Source of the DNA: a virus
Length of the DNA: 39,906 nucleotides
Virus genome (UHGV): UHGV-0235614
Reading direction: 5' to 3' (one strand)
Part shown: piece by piece, positions 18,535 to 27,670 of the stretch
How the letters are laid out: each line of letters starts with the position of its first letter
How positions within the stretch are numbered: position 1 is the first letter of the stretch
Position numbers and translations under genes: made by a program
Notes under the pieces: model-generated
Told to the model about the DNA's origin: nothing
Database searches by the model: none
The model's input: the letters and a program-made list of their open reading frames with translations, nothing else

Positions 18535-18834
18535 CTACGCTACAATACTTTTGATTCCGTAAGCAATCGCACAATCATGTTCGATGATGCATCCACGGGC
18601 ATCGTTCCAGCCCGGAGCAAAATAGGCCACGTCTGCATCTGCCAGAAGCTCCAGTGATTTTCCAAGAAACCACAGTGGTTTTGCACCGACTGGTGCGCTC
18701 TGAAAAAAGGAATCAATCACTTCTACCGGTTCTCCTACCAGTTCAGATGCTGCTTCGACTGCTTTGGCACGTTCTGCCTTGATTTCCTCGTCAGTCTTGC
18801 CACGCATCGGCTGGCTGATAAATAATTTTTTCAT
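18535..18834 (-). CDS. DUF4406-like / nucleoside deoxyribosyltransferase-fold protein
   Basis: KLFISQPMRG...ADVAYFAPGW..ARGC.IE motif. Confidence 0.7.
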   Translation of the reverse strand: MKKLFISQPMRGKTDEEIKAERAKAVEAASELVGEPVEVIDSFFQSAPVGAKPLWFLGKSLELLADADVAYFAPGWNDARGCIIEHDCAIAYGIKSIVA

Positions 18835-18843
18835 GTCTACCTC

Positions 18844-19113
18844 CTACTCCTCTGTATGGCATGTATTGGTTAATTTACCGTATACATCTTCGTACAGCTC
18901 CTGTTTGTCACCGTTGTAGGTGTACTCCGCATAGATACCATCTCCACTGATTGTGGTAGATGCTAAACACTTGTAATTCTGGAGTGTTTTACAGGACCAA
19001 ACCACAAATACATTGCTTCGGTCAATCTGCACCTCCGGTCTGTTCTTGTGGTACCATTCAACAAGTTTCTTCTGTGCAATACTCTAAAAGTGCGCCATTC
19101 CTGTGATAATCAT
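18844..19113 (-). pseudogene. DUF6275-like gene with an in-frame TAG at codon 10
   Basis: RBS + ATG 19113 gives MIITGMAHF*SIAQKKLVEWY...VFVVWSCKTLQNYK...TYNGDKQELY; TAG at 19084-19086. Confidence 0.7.
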
Positions 19114-19145
19114 GTTTTACCTCTTTCTTTCTTAAAAATGCGTAT

Positions 19146-19178
19146 AAAAATACCACTAACCATTTCTGATCAGTGGTA
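19146..19178 (-). terminator. Terminator after the MuF-immunity pair
   Basis: taccact...agtggta stem followed by T5. Confidence 0.6.
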
Positions 19179-19179
19179 T

Positions 19180-19449
19180 CTATAACTTATTCTTTGCTTC
19201 TTCTGACAAGCGCTTGAAAATTTCCTTGCATTTCTGATTAAATTCTTCTTTTTCTTCCTCTGTACGTTCCTTGGGATGAAGAAATGCTTCTTTTTTCTCA
19301 GGTGACATATTTTTCTTTTCCTCTTCAGAAAAATGTATATACTCCAAGTCAGTCCGCAATAAGAAACATTCATGAGGAGATAATTCATTTTTCCTACGCT
19401 GTTGCTCATCCTCTGAAAGCAACAACCACTCTCGTGCTGTTAATGCCAT
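19180..19449 (-). CDS. Candidate immunity protein for the MuF toxin
   Basis: Charged helical 89 aa; TAATG overlap with the MuF stop codon. Confidence 0.55.
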   Translation of the reverse strand: MALTAREWLLLSEDEQQRRKNELSPHECFLLRTDLEYIHFSEEEKKNMSPEKKEAFLHPKERTEEEKEEFNQKCKEIFKRLSEEAKNKL

Positions 19450-20834
19450 TATTTCAATTCCTCCAAAAGTATGTAAAATCTTCCATCCTCTTTGATTTTG
19501 TTAATTACCTTAAATTTTGTCATGTATGGATAAAGCACTTCATTTTCCATATCATTTAGCCCTCTAAGGTCTTTCCCATTTTTCGCATTTTGGATATAAA
19601 TCTGTACCTGTGCATCCTCATTATATACATCTCTTTTGGTCGTTGACAAGTATTGTTTTGGAATATACTCTTTTCCTACCTCAAATTCATCAAAGTATTT
19701 CTGTGCATCCTCTTCAAACAAAAATGTTACGGAACGATTTAAATTTCCTTTATAACTTGGTAGTTTTTCAAGTGCCGCATCCAGATTCTTGATCCATTCT
19801 CTTTCAATATCTGTCAATTCTGAATTGGCGTTTCTTCGCAACTTATCATTGAGTGAATATGAATCCGGACTTATATATCGTACAACTGCTGCCTTTTCAT
19901 TTAACGTAAGTCTGCTTTTCTGTTCTTCCAGCCACTTATCAAATGCCGATCTATCCATGTAAGCACTTGTAGAGCATCGGCAATGCGGATGCATCGGCGG
20001 TGCATTATCTCCCGGCATCATATCTTTTACCAGAAAATGTTTCTGATCCAGCGCACGGCAGGCACCGCAGGCAGTTCCAAGTGCATGAAACTGATATTCT
20101 TCATAATCATTTCTTTCAAACGACAGCTTTTGTGCTTCCGTCTGCACTCTGGCTAACTCCGTGATCATTAATCTTTCTGCATTGTATTGACTGACACCAA
20201 ACCGTTTTTTCAAATGGGTAGCAAGTTTCCTTGGATGCTGACCTCTGATCAATCCTGTCTGCAACAAGTTCGCCAATTCTGCTTTCAACATGTCCTGATG
20301 CATCCAGACACGGTCCGAAAATGTAACATTCTGAAATGATGCATTTACAAGCGCATCTGCTGCTTTTGCATTATCCTGAATCGTTACTCCAAGTATTCCA
20401 GCCTGCCGCTGAAACTCATCCATTGCCCGCTTTGTAAGCGTTTCATCAAAAAACTGCTGAAGTTCATCAAATCCAGATACCATTTCCAGACCAATGTTTG
20501 CTTTCAGCAGTTCCAAACGGTTTATTTTCATTGTAGCATTGTACAGGCGCATCTCCTCATTTGCCTGCTTGGAAAAATCTTTCTCTTTCACATACTTTGC
20601 AGCTTTTCGTGCATATTCTTCAATATCAAGCTGAGACACTTTCTTTTTTGCTTCTGCCAGAGTAATTCCCTCTTTTCTGGCATACTTCACATAAAAGCCG
20701 TTGATTTCTTTCGTAATCTCATCCTGCATGTTCCGGAAGATTTCCTGAATACGTTTCTGATATTCCTTTTCCTCAGTAATGTTATGCTTTCGCTGAGCCG
20801 CTTCCCTCTTTTTCCAGTACTCCTGTGATGTCAC
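19449..20834 (-). CDS. MuF (SPP1 gp7-like) minor capsid protein fused to a C-terminal ADP-ribosyltransferase domain
   Basis: RLMITELARVQ, C..C and PPMHPHCRCS MuF motifs; C-terminal R-S-E motifs LNRS / YLSTT / ENEVL. Confidence 0.88.
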   Translation of the reverse strand: MTSQEYWKKREAAQRKHNITEEKEYQKRIQEIFRNMQDEITKEINGFYVKYARKEGITLAEAKKKVSQLDIEEYARKAAKYVKEKDFSKQANEEMRLYNATMKINRLELLKANIGLEMVSGFDELQQFFDETLTKRAMDEFQRQAGILGVTIQDNAKAADALVNASFQNVTFSDRVWMHQDMLKAELANLLQTGLIRGQHPRKLATHLKKRFGVSQYNAERLMITELARVQTEAQKLSFERNDYEEYQFHALGTACGACRALDQKHFLVKDMMPGDNAPPMHPHCRCSTSAYMDRSAFDKWLEEQKSRLTLNEKAAVVRYISPDSYSLNDKLRRNANSELTDIEREWIKNLDAALEKLPSYKGNLNRSVTFLFEEDAQKYFDEFEVGKEYIPKQYLSTTKRDVYNEDAQVQIYIQNAKNGKDLRGLNDMENEVLYPYMTKFKVINKIKEDGRFYILLEELK

Positions 20835-22146
20835 CTGCTGCACCTCCGAACAATCCTCTCATAACAGCATCATCCTGATTCTTTTTCTGTTCTTCCTCAA
20901 GCTTATCTATCTCCGCCTGCACATTATCCACAATAGACAATGTACCAAGCTGAGTTTCCTGTGATACAATTCCATCCAGATTACCGGCAATCTCCGTCTC
21001 TTCCAACACATTCGCCGGAATATTCGGTGTGAATTTGTAATGTAACTTCACCCAGTCTTCATTTTTCATACCGGAAACTGGATTTGAAAAGATCAGACGA
21101 TAGCGTCGGTTCATTCCAGAAGTAAACTTTCGCTCTTTTGTCTTTTCAAGATTGTGCATCGCCTGTAACTTGTATTTCATGGCAATTCCGGAACTTGTCC
21201 CAAAATTTTCATCTGAAATATTGGCAACCATGCTGATATGAAAAATCAGTTTTTCCAGTCGATCAATCAGATGCTCCTGTGTCGTATCACCATCTGGCTT
21301 CTGCAAAAAATCCACATTCAACTTGTCAGCCTCTCCATCAAAATTGATGATCCTGTCATCGCGGATAGACTTTACATCATCCTTATCAAGATACGCTCCC
21401 AGAACTTTCAAATAGGCATCCGCAAAATAATCCACATCATTGGCTTTCTCACTGATTGCCTTATTGTATGCATTGATCATGGTCAGTACTGGTTCGAAGA
21501 TTCCTATCCGCTCCCGGTTTTCCACATACTCTGTCGCTGGCACTCCCTCAAACCCATGCTTCTTTTCATCCTCATCCCACACAAGTTTTCCTTTTATGGT
21601 AAACCATCGTACATTCTCATCATCTGATAGACTTCCATGCAATACCTGATCATCATCGATATACAGTCTCACGAAATACCGTTCGCGCTGCAATACCGAA
21701 TCATCATAGATCATAAATCCATCCATGGGTGAGAGATATGTAATTCCAACGTTTCCGATTGGATCCACATAATACATTTCATATCCATTTCCAAATATGC
21801 TGCATAATTTTGACAATTCCGCGTTGTTATCATCCTGATCATTGTACTGGTCAAGAAATTCCACATATTTTTTTATATCTTCTGCTTCTCCATCTACTGA
21901 AATCTTGATAGGATTTCCTAGGAAGAATCCGTTCATCGTATCGACAATGTATTTTGCAAAATTGACAGCAATTCGGTTGTCCGGCTTCCACGCAGGTTTT
22001 TCCTTTTCGTGAAAAATCGGATAATCTGTCATATATGCATCCCAAAGCTTCTGCAACCGGAATGCGCATTCTGCATCGTGTTTTCGGATAAATTCCATCA
22101 ATTTATCATCTGTCAGCGTTTTTTCTGCTGCCAATCTATATATCAC
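20782..22146 (-). CDS. Portal protein (SPP1 type)
   Basis: NFAKYIVDTMNGFFLGNP and SSGIAMKYKL motifs; downstream of TerL. Confidence 0.93.
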   Translation of the reverse strand: MIYRLAAEKTLTDDKLMEFIRKHDAECAFRLQKLWDAYMTDYPIFHEKEKPAWKPDNRIAVNFAKYIVDTMNGFFLGNPIKISVDGEAEDIKKYVEFLDQYNDQDDNNAELSKLCSIFGNGYEMYYVDPIGNVGITYLSPMDGFMIYDDSVLQRERYFVRLYIDDDQVLHGSLSDDENVRWFTIKGKLVWDEDEKKHGFEGVPATEYVENRERIGIFEPVLTMINAYNKAISEKANDVDYFADAYLKVLGAYLDKDDVKSIRDDRIINFDGEADKLNVDFLQKPDGDTTQEHLIDRLEKLIFHISMVANISDENFGTSSGIAMKYKLQAMHNLEKTKERKFTSGMNRRYRLIFSNPVSGMKNEDWVKLHYKFTPNIPANVLEETEIAGNLDGIVSQETQLGTLSIVDNVQAEIDKLEEEQKKNQDDAVMRGLFGGAAGDITGVLEKEGSGSAKA

Positions 22147-22147
22147 G

Positions 22148-23440
22148 CTATATGCCTCCTTTTACCTTTCGATTCAACCGTGGACGTTCGCCCAGAATTG
22201 TATATACAAAATATCTCACTGCATCCATGGCATGATCATACTGTTTCACCGGCTTGTCCTCACCGTGTTCTGCTGCCTTTGCATCCCAAATATAAGAAGC
22301 AAATTCTTTGATCGTGTCCTGACAAATGTTTGAAAATACTATTTTCAGCAAGTTCAGTTTTGTTGCTACCAGACGGATACCATCTGCCACATCATTCTTG
22401 GCTTTTATTACCCTGTAGCCGCGTTTTGTTAATTCAGCAATAAATGATGCTGCTGCCGGATCTACGATCACAGCATTGATATCTGTCCCAGACAGCCAGC
22501 TTTCCAGATCATCTGCGTATTCTGCATCGGTCTTCTGCTGACCTTCTTCACGTCCGGAATAGTAATATTCCCGTGTGCAGTACCAGATGCCATCTGTTCC
22601 CTGATTCCAAAGCAAAAACACCGTTGCATTTTGGGTACCGTAATCACAGCTGACATATCTGTTGCCATCAAGTAATAAATCACTGAATGTTTCCGGATCT
22701 GCCACATGACGTTCTTCACTGAACATGTCATAGATGATGCCCTCAGCCATCGCCCACAGTCCAAGAATATAACGTCTGTAAAATACCCCGGTGTACATGC
22801 TACGGTATCTGGCTTTCACCTTTTCTGACAGGCTCAAGTTGTCATCCATTGTAAAATGCAGATACAATAGATGCTTTTCTTTACGTTTATCTATCCAGTT
22901 CTGTTTGAACCAGTGATATGGACCATCTGGATTGCAGTTGAACCAATACTTGGATCCATCCACAGAGCATCGACCAGTCGCCTGATTCACAAATGACTCC
23001 GGCATCAATGCCACTTCATCAAAAAAGACCCCAGCCAGAGTAATTCCCTGGATGAGATCCTGTGATCGTTCATCTTTTCCACCAAATATATAAAAATAAT
23101 TTTCTACGCTGCCCCTTGAGATAACCACCAGATTGTCTGCCCGGTGATCCGTTACCCGGTATCCTCTGGAACGAAGCATCAATTTCAACCAGAATAGTAC
23201 GTTTCTTCGGAACGAACCAATTGTCTTGCCGCACATAGCAAAATTCTGACCGTTAAAGCTGCACATCGCCCACAATACAAATGACAACGACATGCTCACT
23301 GTTTTACCGGATCTGATTGCGCCATCTGCTATAATTCCGTCATAGTCCTTTACCGGCGAATCCTCCGTCCACCAGTTCAGTACTTTGCGTTGCTTCTTGG
23401 AAAATGGTTGGAATTTGAAAAACTGTTTAATCTTCCGCAT
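22148..23440 (-). CDS. terL: Terminase large subunit (PBSX family)
   Basis: Walker A GAIRSGKT, Walker B VFFDE, DYG and DHAMDAVRY nuclease motifs. Confidence 0.96.
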   Translation of the reverse strand: MRKIKQFFKFQPFSKKQRKVLNWWTEDSPVKDYDGIIADGAIRSGKTVSMSLSFVLWAMCSFNGQNFAMCGKTIGSFRRNVLFWLKLMLRSRGYRVTDHRADNLVVISRGSVENYFYIFGGKDERSQDLIQGITLAGVFFDEVALMPESFVNQATGRCSVDGSKYWFNCNPDGPYHWFKQNWIDKRKEKHLLYLHFTMDDNLSLSEKVKARYRSMYTGVFYRRYILGLWAMAEGIIYDMFSEERHVADPETFSDLLLDGNRYVSCDYGTQNATVFLLWNQGTDGIWYCTREYYYSGREEGQQKTDAEYADDLESWLSGTDINAVIVDPAAASFIAELTKRGYRVIKAKNDVADGIRLVATKLNLLKIVFSNICQDTIKEFASYIWDAKAAEHGEDKPVKQYDHAMDAVRYFVYTILGERPRLNRKVKGGI

Positions 23441-24164
23441 CTGACCAATCCTCTTCTGCTGTTCCCTTTAATGCCTCAAGGAATCCATCATCTACCACTT
23501 CTGTATCATCATCAAGCTGAGCTTTTGCTTTGAGCAGTTCGGTCTTTGCAGTAATCTGTTCAACTCTTGCTTTCTGCTCCTCGGTTGCCATATCCCAATT
23601 TTTATGCAATAGATCCTCGTAACGGTTAATCATTCCCTCCAACGTTTTTTGCGCCCTGGCCTGCGCGGATAAAAAATTGGCTTGCTTATCCCATGCCTGC
23701 TGTATTTCCCATTTTTCAGAACATACATTTCCTTCGCTTTCTGCTATCTTTGTTGTTGTCACATCATTCCGATCATGCACATACATAATCTGCTGTGCCC
23801 TGATAATGGCAGCATAAGCAATCTGGATCTGGTCCCAGAGGACATCCAATGGATTTTCTGGCATCTCCTGAATAATGGATAGTGTTTCTTCCGGAAGATA
23901 CTTTGAAAAGAATCCGTGCTTCTCTGCCTTTTTATTTCCCGGCGGACCACCTTTTCCATTTTTGTTACCAGGCTGCCCGCCTTTCTTTCTATTCGAACGC
24001 TCGCTTTTCTTATCCGAACGTTCGCTATCCCATTTATGAGTACACTTCCATCGCCGAACCGTCCCTTCCGGTAAATTTAGTTGACTTGCAATCTCAACTA
24101 ATTTCACACCTTCCAGATACATGACTTTTGCCTTTTCGATTCGCGGATCTGGTGCTCTTGCCAT
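23427..24164 (-). CDS. terS: Terminase small subunit
   Basis: N-terminal HTH (TVRRWK), GGQPGNKN and AEKHGFFSKYLP motifs. Confidence 0.92.
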   Translation of the reverse strand: MARAPDPRIEKAKVMYLEGVKLVEIASQLNLPEGTVRRWKCTHKWDSERSDKKSERSNRKKGGQPGNKNGKGGPPGNKKAEKHGFFSKYLPEETLSIIQEMPENPLDVLWDQIQIAYAAIIRAQQIMYVHDRNDVTTTKIAESEGNVCSEKWEIQQAWDKQANFLSAQARAQKTLEGMINRYEDLLHKNWDMATEEQKARVEQITAKTELLKAKAQLDDDTEVVDDGFLEALKGTAEEDWSDAED

Positions 24165-24203
24165 GTACCTTCACCTCTCATTCGTCGGTTTTGTTGCATA
24201 AAG

Positions 24204-24226
24204 AAAAGCACCCCGTAAAGGGTGCC
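24204..24226 (-). terminator. Terminator closing the moron
   Basis: gcaccc-tttacg-gggtgc then tttt. Confidence 0.7.
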
Positions 24227-24231
24227 AATAA

Positions 24232-24819
24232 CTATTTTTCCCTATATCTAACCAAGCCAAGTGTTGCAAAATATAATATCGATTTCAATGTCAATCTATA
24301 AGTGCATACTTCAACCTCATTCCCTATCCTACCATCATAATGAATAATCAATTCTGATTTCATATATGCTTCATTCTCAAAAGTAATCTTTACTTGTGGC
24401 ATTCCCTCTGGTATAGCCAAGTCAAGCATAAGGCCTTCTCCTGGTGTCAAAATTTTTATTAATTCTGTCGTTTTCTTATTCTCTGCTATGATTCTACGCC
24501 CTTTAATCACCAACCCTTCATATATTTTAATATGATATAAATTATGTTTTGATTTTATCAACAAAACGTCTTCATTCACTCCTATGGTTTGCAAGCAATA
24601 TATTTTTAAATCCTTATAATCTTTTTTTCGTGGATGCCAAATAAATGTTTCTACAGACTTCCTTTTTGCATCAAAAATTAATGTTACTACAATGACAATA
24701 TATATTGCCAGGGCTATTTTTCCCTTCAATGGCATTCCTACTATATATTGCCAGCATACGTTTACTAGTTTTAAAACTATTTGCATAACATTATGCCATA
24801 AGTTTTCTTTCAAAATCAC
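24232..24819 (-). CDS. Hypothetical membrane protein (moron gene 3)
   Basis: AT-rich; TM segment IALAIYIVIVVTLIF; start codon uncertain. Confidence 0.7.
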   Translation of the reverse strand: MILKENLWHNVMQIVLKLVNVCWQYIVGMPLKGKIALAIYIVIVVTLIFDAKRKSVETFIWHPRKKDYKDLKIYCLQTIGVNEDVLLIKSKHNLYHIKIYEGLVIKGRRIIAENKKTTELIKILTPGEGLMLDLAIPEGMPQVKITFENEAYMKSELIIHYDGRIGNEVEVCTYRLTLKSILYFATLGLVRYREK

Positions 24820-24851
24820 TTACTAATCTCCTAATATTATCTTCTTTTCCT

Positions 24852-25313
24852 TTACTTAACTAATCCCATAATACTTGTAATTGTAGATATGGTTGCATAA
24901 TATATTCCAACCATTGCCAATACAGTTGCAACTACACCACTTATAATTGCAATTGTATTAGAATGTCGATATTTTTTCTCCTCCTCCATTTTTACATTAA
25001 TGGTTTCCTTTAAAGTATCCATTTTCTCATTTTGAGAATTTATCATCTCTTCTATTCGGCTTATTTTTGCTTCCATTCGATGCTCAGAATCGTCAATCCT
25101 TTTTTCCGTTCGTTGCTCACGTTCACGCATTTCTTCACGCAAAGCCATTTGGTCTTTATCCACTTTTTCAATATAAGTTTTTAATAAATCATCCATTTTT
25201 TGATCCTTTACTACTTTTTGAATTACGCTTTGACTCCTTGATAACCCACTTTTATGATCACGATAAGTGTTCATATTATAAATTTCACAATTACTACTAT
25301 TCATTTTATGCAC
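24852..25313 (-). CDS. Coiled-coil protein with a C-terminal TM helix (moron gene 2)
   Basis: Charged heptad-like region then IAIISGVVATVLAMVGIYY. Confidence 0.75.
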   Translation of the reverse strand: MHKMNSSNCEIYNMNTYRDHKSGLSRSQSVIQKVVKDQKMDDLLKTYIEKVDKDQMALREEMREREQRTEKRIDDSEHRMEAKISRIEEMINSQNEKMDTLKETINVKMEEEKKYRHSNTIAIISGVVATVLAMVGIYYATISTITSIMGLVK

Positions 25314-25314
25314 C

Positions 25315-25881
25315 TCACGATTTCATATGTGTAAGTACATCTATGATATAGTCAATTTCTCTGTCATTTGCAGAAAAATCAAATGTTTCCCCATCTTTCC
25401 GAATAAATCGAATAGTTTTCTTATCTCCATAGGTTTGTTTTTTAGCAATTTTATCTATTCCAGAAAGTTCTGAATCACCTTCAAATAAACCTTCGAACAA
25501 TGGTGAAAGTGTAATAAAAAATCCTTCCATCTCATTTTTAAAATCTTCAGCTAACCGTTTACCAACTTCTTCAGACATTCCTTCCAATAAATTTCCATTT
25601 ACATATTTTTCATCTTCTAATGTATTTTCCGGATCCCATTCCATTTGATCTGACAAACGAACACAATATTTCCATAATCCCTCCGTCAGTTCATCCAAAT
25701 TGTACCCTAAAATCTTTTCACATACATTAGATAATTCTACTGTACAATATGGGTAATCCTTTCTTTGCTGAAACATCGAAATAACTTGTAATGCTTTTAA
25801 AAATATATTTTTATCCTCTTTATATTTTTCAAATAACCTCCAACAATAATCATACATATTGGTTCCATTTTCAAATGCCAT
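25315..25881 (-). CDS. Hypothetical acidic soluble protein (moron gene 1)
   Basis: 188 aa, GGGAGG RBS, AT-rich. Confidence 0.8.
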   Translation of the reverse strand: MAFENGTNMYDYCWRLFEKYKEDKNIFLKALQVISMFQQRKDYPYCTVELSNVCEKILGYNLDELTEGLWKYCVRLSDQMEWDPENTLEDEKYVNGNLLEGMSEEVGKRLAEDFKNEMEGFFITLSPLFEGLFEGDSELSGIDKIAKKQTYGDKKTIRFIRKDGETFDFSANDREIDYIIDVLTHMKS

Positions 25882-25919
25882 GCGTTTTTCCTCCCTTGTA
25901 GATAAATAAACCTATTTTT

Positions 25920-25948
25920 ATAATATTCCATTTCGAACTATTATGCAA
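25920..25948 (-). promoter_or_regulatory. Sigma-A-like promoter of the moron
   Basis: TTGCAT-17-TATTAT. Confidence 0.55.
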
Positions 25949-25951
25949 ATG

Positions 25952-25980
25952 AAAAAGACATCCGTTTCCGAATGCCTTTT
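25952..25980 (-). terminator. Terminator downstream of the late promoter
   Basis: aaaaggcattcg-gaaa-cggatgtctttt then t. Confidence 0.7.
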
Positions 25981-26043
25981 AAGTAGGTTTATTCTCATAG
26001 GGGAGAAATCGAGCCGCCGGTTTCCGCCTTTGGCTCAAGTATT

Positions 26044-26075
26044 ATTATAACTGTGCATTTTGTGAATTGTGTGAA
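26044..26075 (-). promoter_or_regulatory. Putative activator-dependent late promoter
   Basis: T(T/G)CACA three times at a 9-bp period (26070, 26061, 26052) followed by TATAAT (26044-26049), at the 3' end of the activator gene. Confidence 0.55.
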
Positions 26076-26488
26076 TCTTTCAAATACCGGTCAACTATTT
26101 TGCTTATACTGCTCCGATCCAGATGTACACTCTTGGCAACCTGCTCCTGGGTCACCGGCTTTCTGCCATCGATAAACAGTTTCCGGAAGATGCGGTGTGC
26201 CAGACTGTCCAGTATCGCATCCACGAACTGCTCTACTTCCTTACACTCCTGCTCCAGAGCTTTCTTCCGCTTCAGATCACGGTCCTGCAATCGCTTGTAC
26301 TTCTCCTGATCGAACCCAACTACACACTGTGGCATCGGATAACCTTTACTGTAATCAAATATTACATCGTTCCCGATCATCGTATCTGACTTCCAACGGT
26401 TCTGCAAAGTATAATCCAGTTCCAGTATCTCCGCCTTATTGCTCCGGTGCGCTTTCAATCTTTCCTTTGTCATCTTCTCCAACGGCAT
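26045..26488 (-). CDS. Late transcriptional activator (RinA/ArpU-like)
   Basis: C-terminal sigma region 4-like HTH (TQEQVAKSVHLDRSSISK); last early gene before the packaging module. Confidence 0.75.
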   Translation of the reverse strand: MPLEKMTKERLKAHRSNKAEILELDYTLQNRWKSDTMIGNDVIFDYSKGYPMPQCVVGFDQEKYKRLQDRDLKRKKALEQECKEVEQFVDAILDSLAHRIFRKLFIDGRKPVTQEQVAKSVHLDRSSISKIVDRYLKDSHNSQNAQL

Positions 26489-26624
26489 CGCCTCCCTTAT
26501 TCTCCTGCAGCTCTGCCCTGCTGCCGCTTATCTGTATCTCACCTCTTAGCTGCTGCTATCTAAGATATGACAGGCTCCATTCTGGATTGCCACCCATGGA
26601 TGCCAGGTAATCAAGTAATGTCAC
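26436..26624 (-). pseudogene. Possible small gene interrupted by TAG
   Basis: VTLLDYLASMGGNPEWSLSYLR*QQLRGEIQ... fills an otherwise empty gap; TAG at 26556-26558; weak RBS. Confidence 0.3.
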
Positions 26625-27027
26625 GATAGTTCAACTCTTTGTTCAACTGTTTAGTTGGTGTATCAGTTGATGTATTAGTTGATGTATCTGGCGGTTCCGG
26701 CAAAGGCATCCAATGCGTAACTTTCCAGAATGTCCTGCTGCCTTTTAATTCCCAGTATCCTAGCTTTTTATAGAATTTTGCAAATGTTACATGTTTTAAA
26801 TCCTGTTCTTTGCAACATACTATGTAAGTGCCGGATGATTCCGGTACTCTATCATCGGCAGAAATCCACCACTCTGTATCATAAGCTGTCGGCTGTTCAT
26901 CTATAATCGATACAATACCGCAATACACTTCTTTCAACTCATCAACGCACAGGTCATATGATTCCTCTGTCTTTTTATGCAGTTCCCAAATTTTTGAGAT
27001 CAAAGCATCGGCATCAATTAATCTCAT
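26611..27027 (-). CDS. DUF551-domain phage protein
   Basis: MRLIDADAL...WISADDRVPE...VTHWMPLPEPP. Confidence 0.8.
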   Translation of the reverse strand: MRLIDADALISKIWELHKKTEESYDLCVDELKEVYCGIVSIIDEQPTAYDTEWWISADDRVPESSGTYIVCCKEQDLKHVTFAKFYKKLGYWELKGSRTFWKVTHWMPLPEPPDTSTNTSTDTPTKQLNKELNYRDIT

Positions 27028-27254
27028 TTCACATCACTCCAATCTAATTTCTGCCCGCACCATTTGCAATACGGCATATCCCACACCTTTAAAAGTTTTA
27101 TGGTTGCAATATCACCAAACAGTCCTTTGCAGTTGGGACAGGAGGCCTGACCGTTCCAGTCCTCTATTTTTCTCGCCACATCTCTGGAATCCCCATCCAC
27201 AAACCGCCGGATCTCTTTCACTTCCTGCCGTAACTGTTCATCAGTCTTTTTCAT
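27024..27254 (-). CDS. Small Zn-finger phage protein
   Basis: CPNC...YCKWCGQKLDWSD. Confidence 0.75.
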   Translation of the reverse strand: MKKTDEQLRQEVKEIRRFVDGDSRDVARKIEDWNGQASCPNCKGLFGDIATIKLLKVWDMPYCKWCGQKLDWSDVK

Positions 27255-27417
27255 GATTCACATACCCCATCCTTCCTACAATTCCAGTGTTCTTTAGATA
27301 ATTGTAATAATCCTGCGCCACTTCTTCGCTGACGTTAAACTCTTTTCTGATTCTTCCAATCGTTACACGCTTCTGGTCCTTCGCCCAGTTCTCCAATTTT
27401 ACAGATTTGATAATCAT
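27241..27417 (-). CDS. 58-aa hypothetical protein missing from the ORF track (possible winged HTH)
   Basis: MIIKSVKLENWAKDQKRVTIGRIRKEFNVSEEVAQDYYNYLKNTGIVGRMGYVNHEKD*. Confidence 0.65.
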   Translation of the reverse strand: MIIKSVKLENWAKDQKRVTIGRIRKEFNVSEEVAQDYYNYLKNTGIVGRMGYVNHEKD

Positions 27418-27420
27418 CAT

Positions 27421-27670
27421 CTATTCCTCTCTCCTGTATATTTCTGGCAGTGGCATCCATGCGTTGACACATATCCCAAAGCTTGCGTAACTTGCATCAT
27501 CATCTCCCGGATAAAATGCTCCGGATCCATCACTGTCTGTTTCATATCTTCCGATATCCGGAAGTGTGGAGTTTTCAAACGACACCAGCACGTATTCTTC
27601 CGGATCTGGAAGTCTGTCATTGATATCTATCCATTCCTTGATACTGTCGCATTGCTTCTTTTATTTTCAC
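27421..27670 (-). pseudogene. Second DUF551-like gene, frameshifted near its start
   Basis: Frame reading EWIDINDRLPDPEEYVLVSFEN...VNAWMPLPEIY lacks a start; GTG at 27670 is one base out of frame in an A-run. Confidence 0.6.

Noticed and set aside
26629..26690. 12-bp tandem repeats resembling iterons or a mini-array
   Set aside because: Only 2-3 degenerate copies, in frame within the low-complexity tail of the DUF551 gene, with no spacers
27417..27620. ORF-track 67-aa protein MTDFQIRKN...
   Set aside because: The recognisable DUF551 sequence is in a different frame
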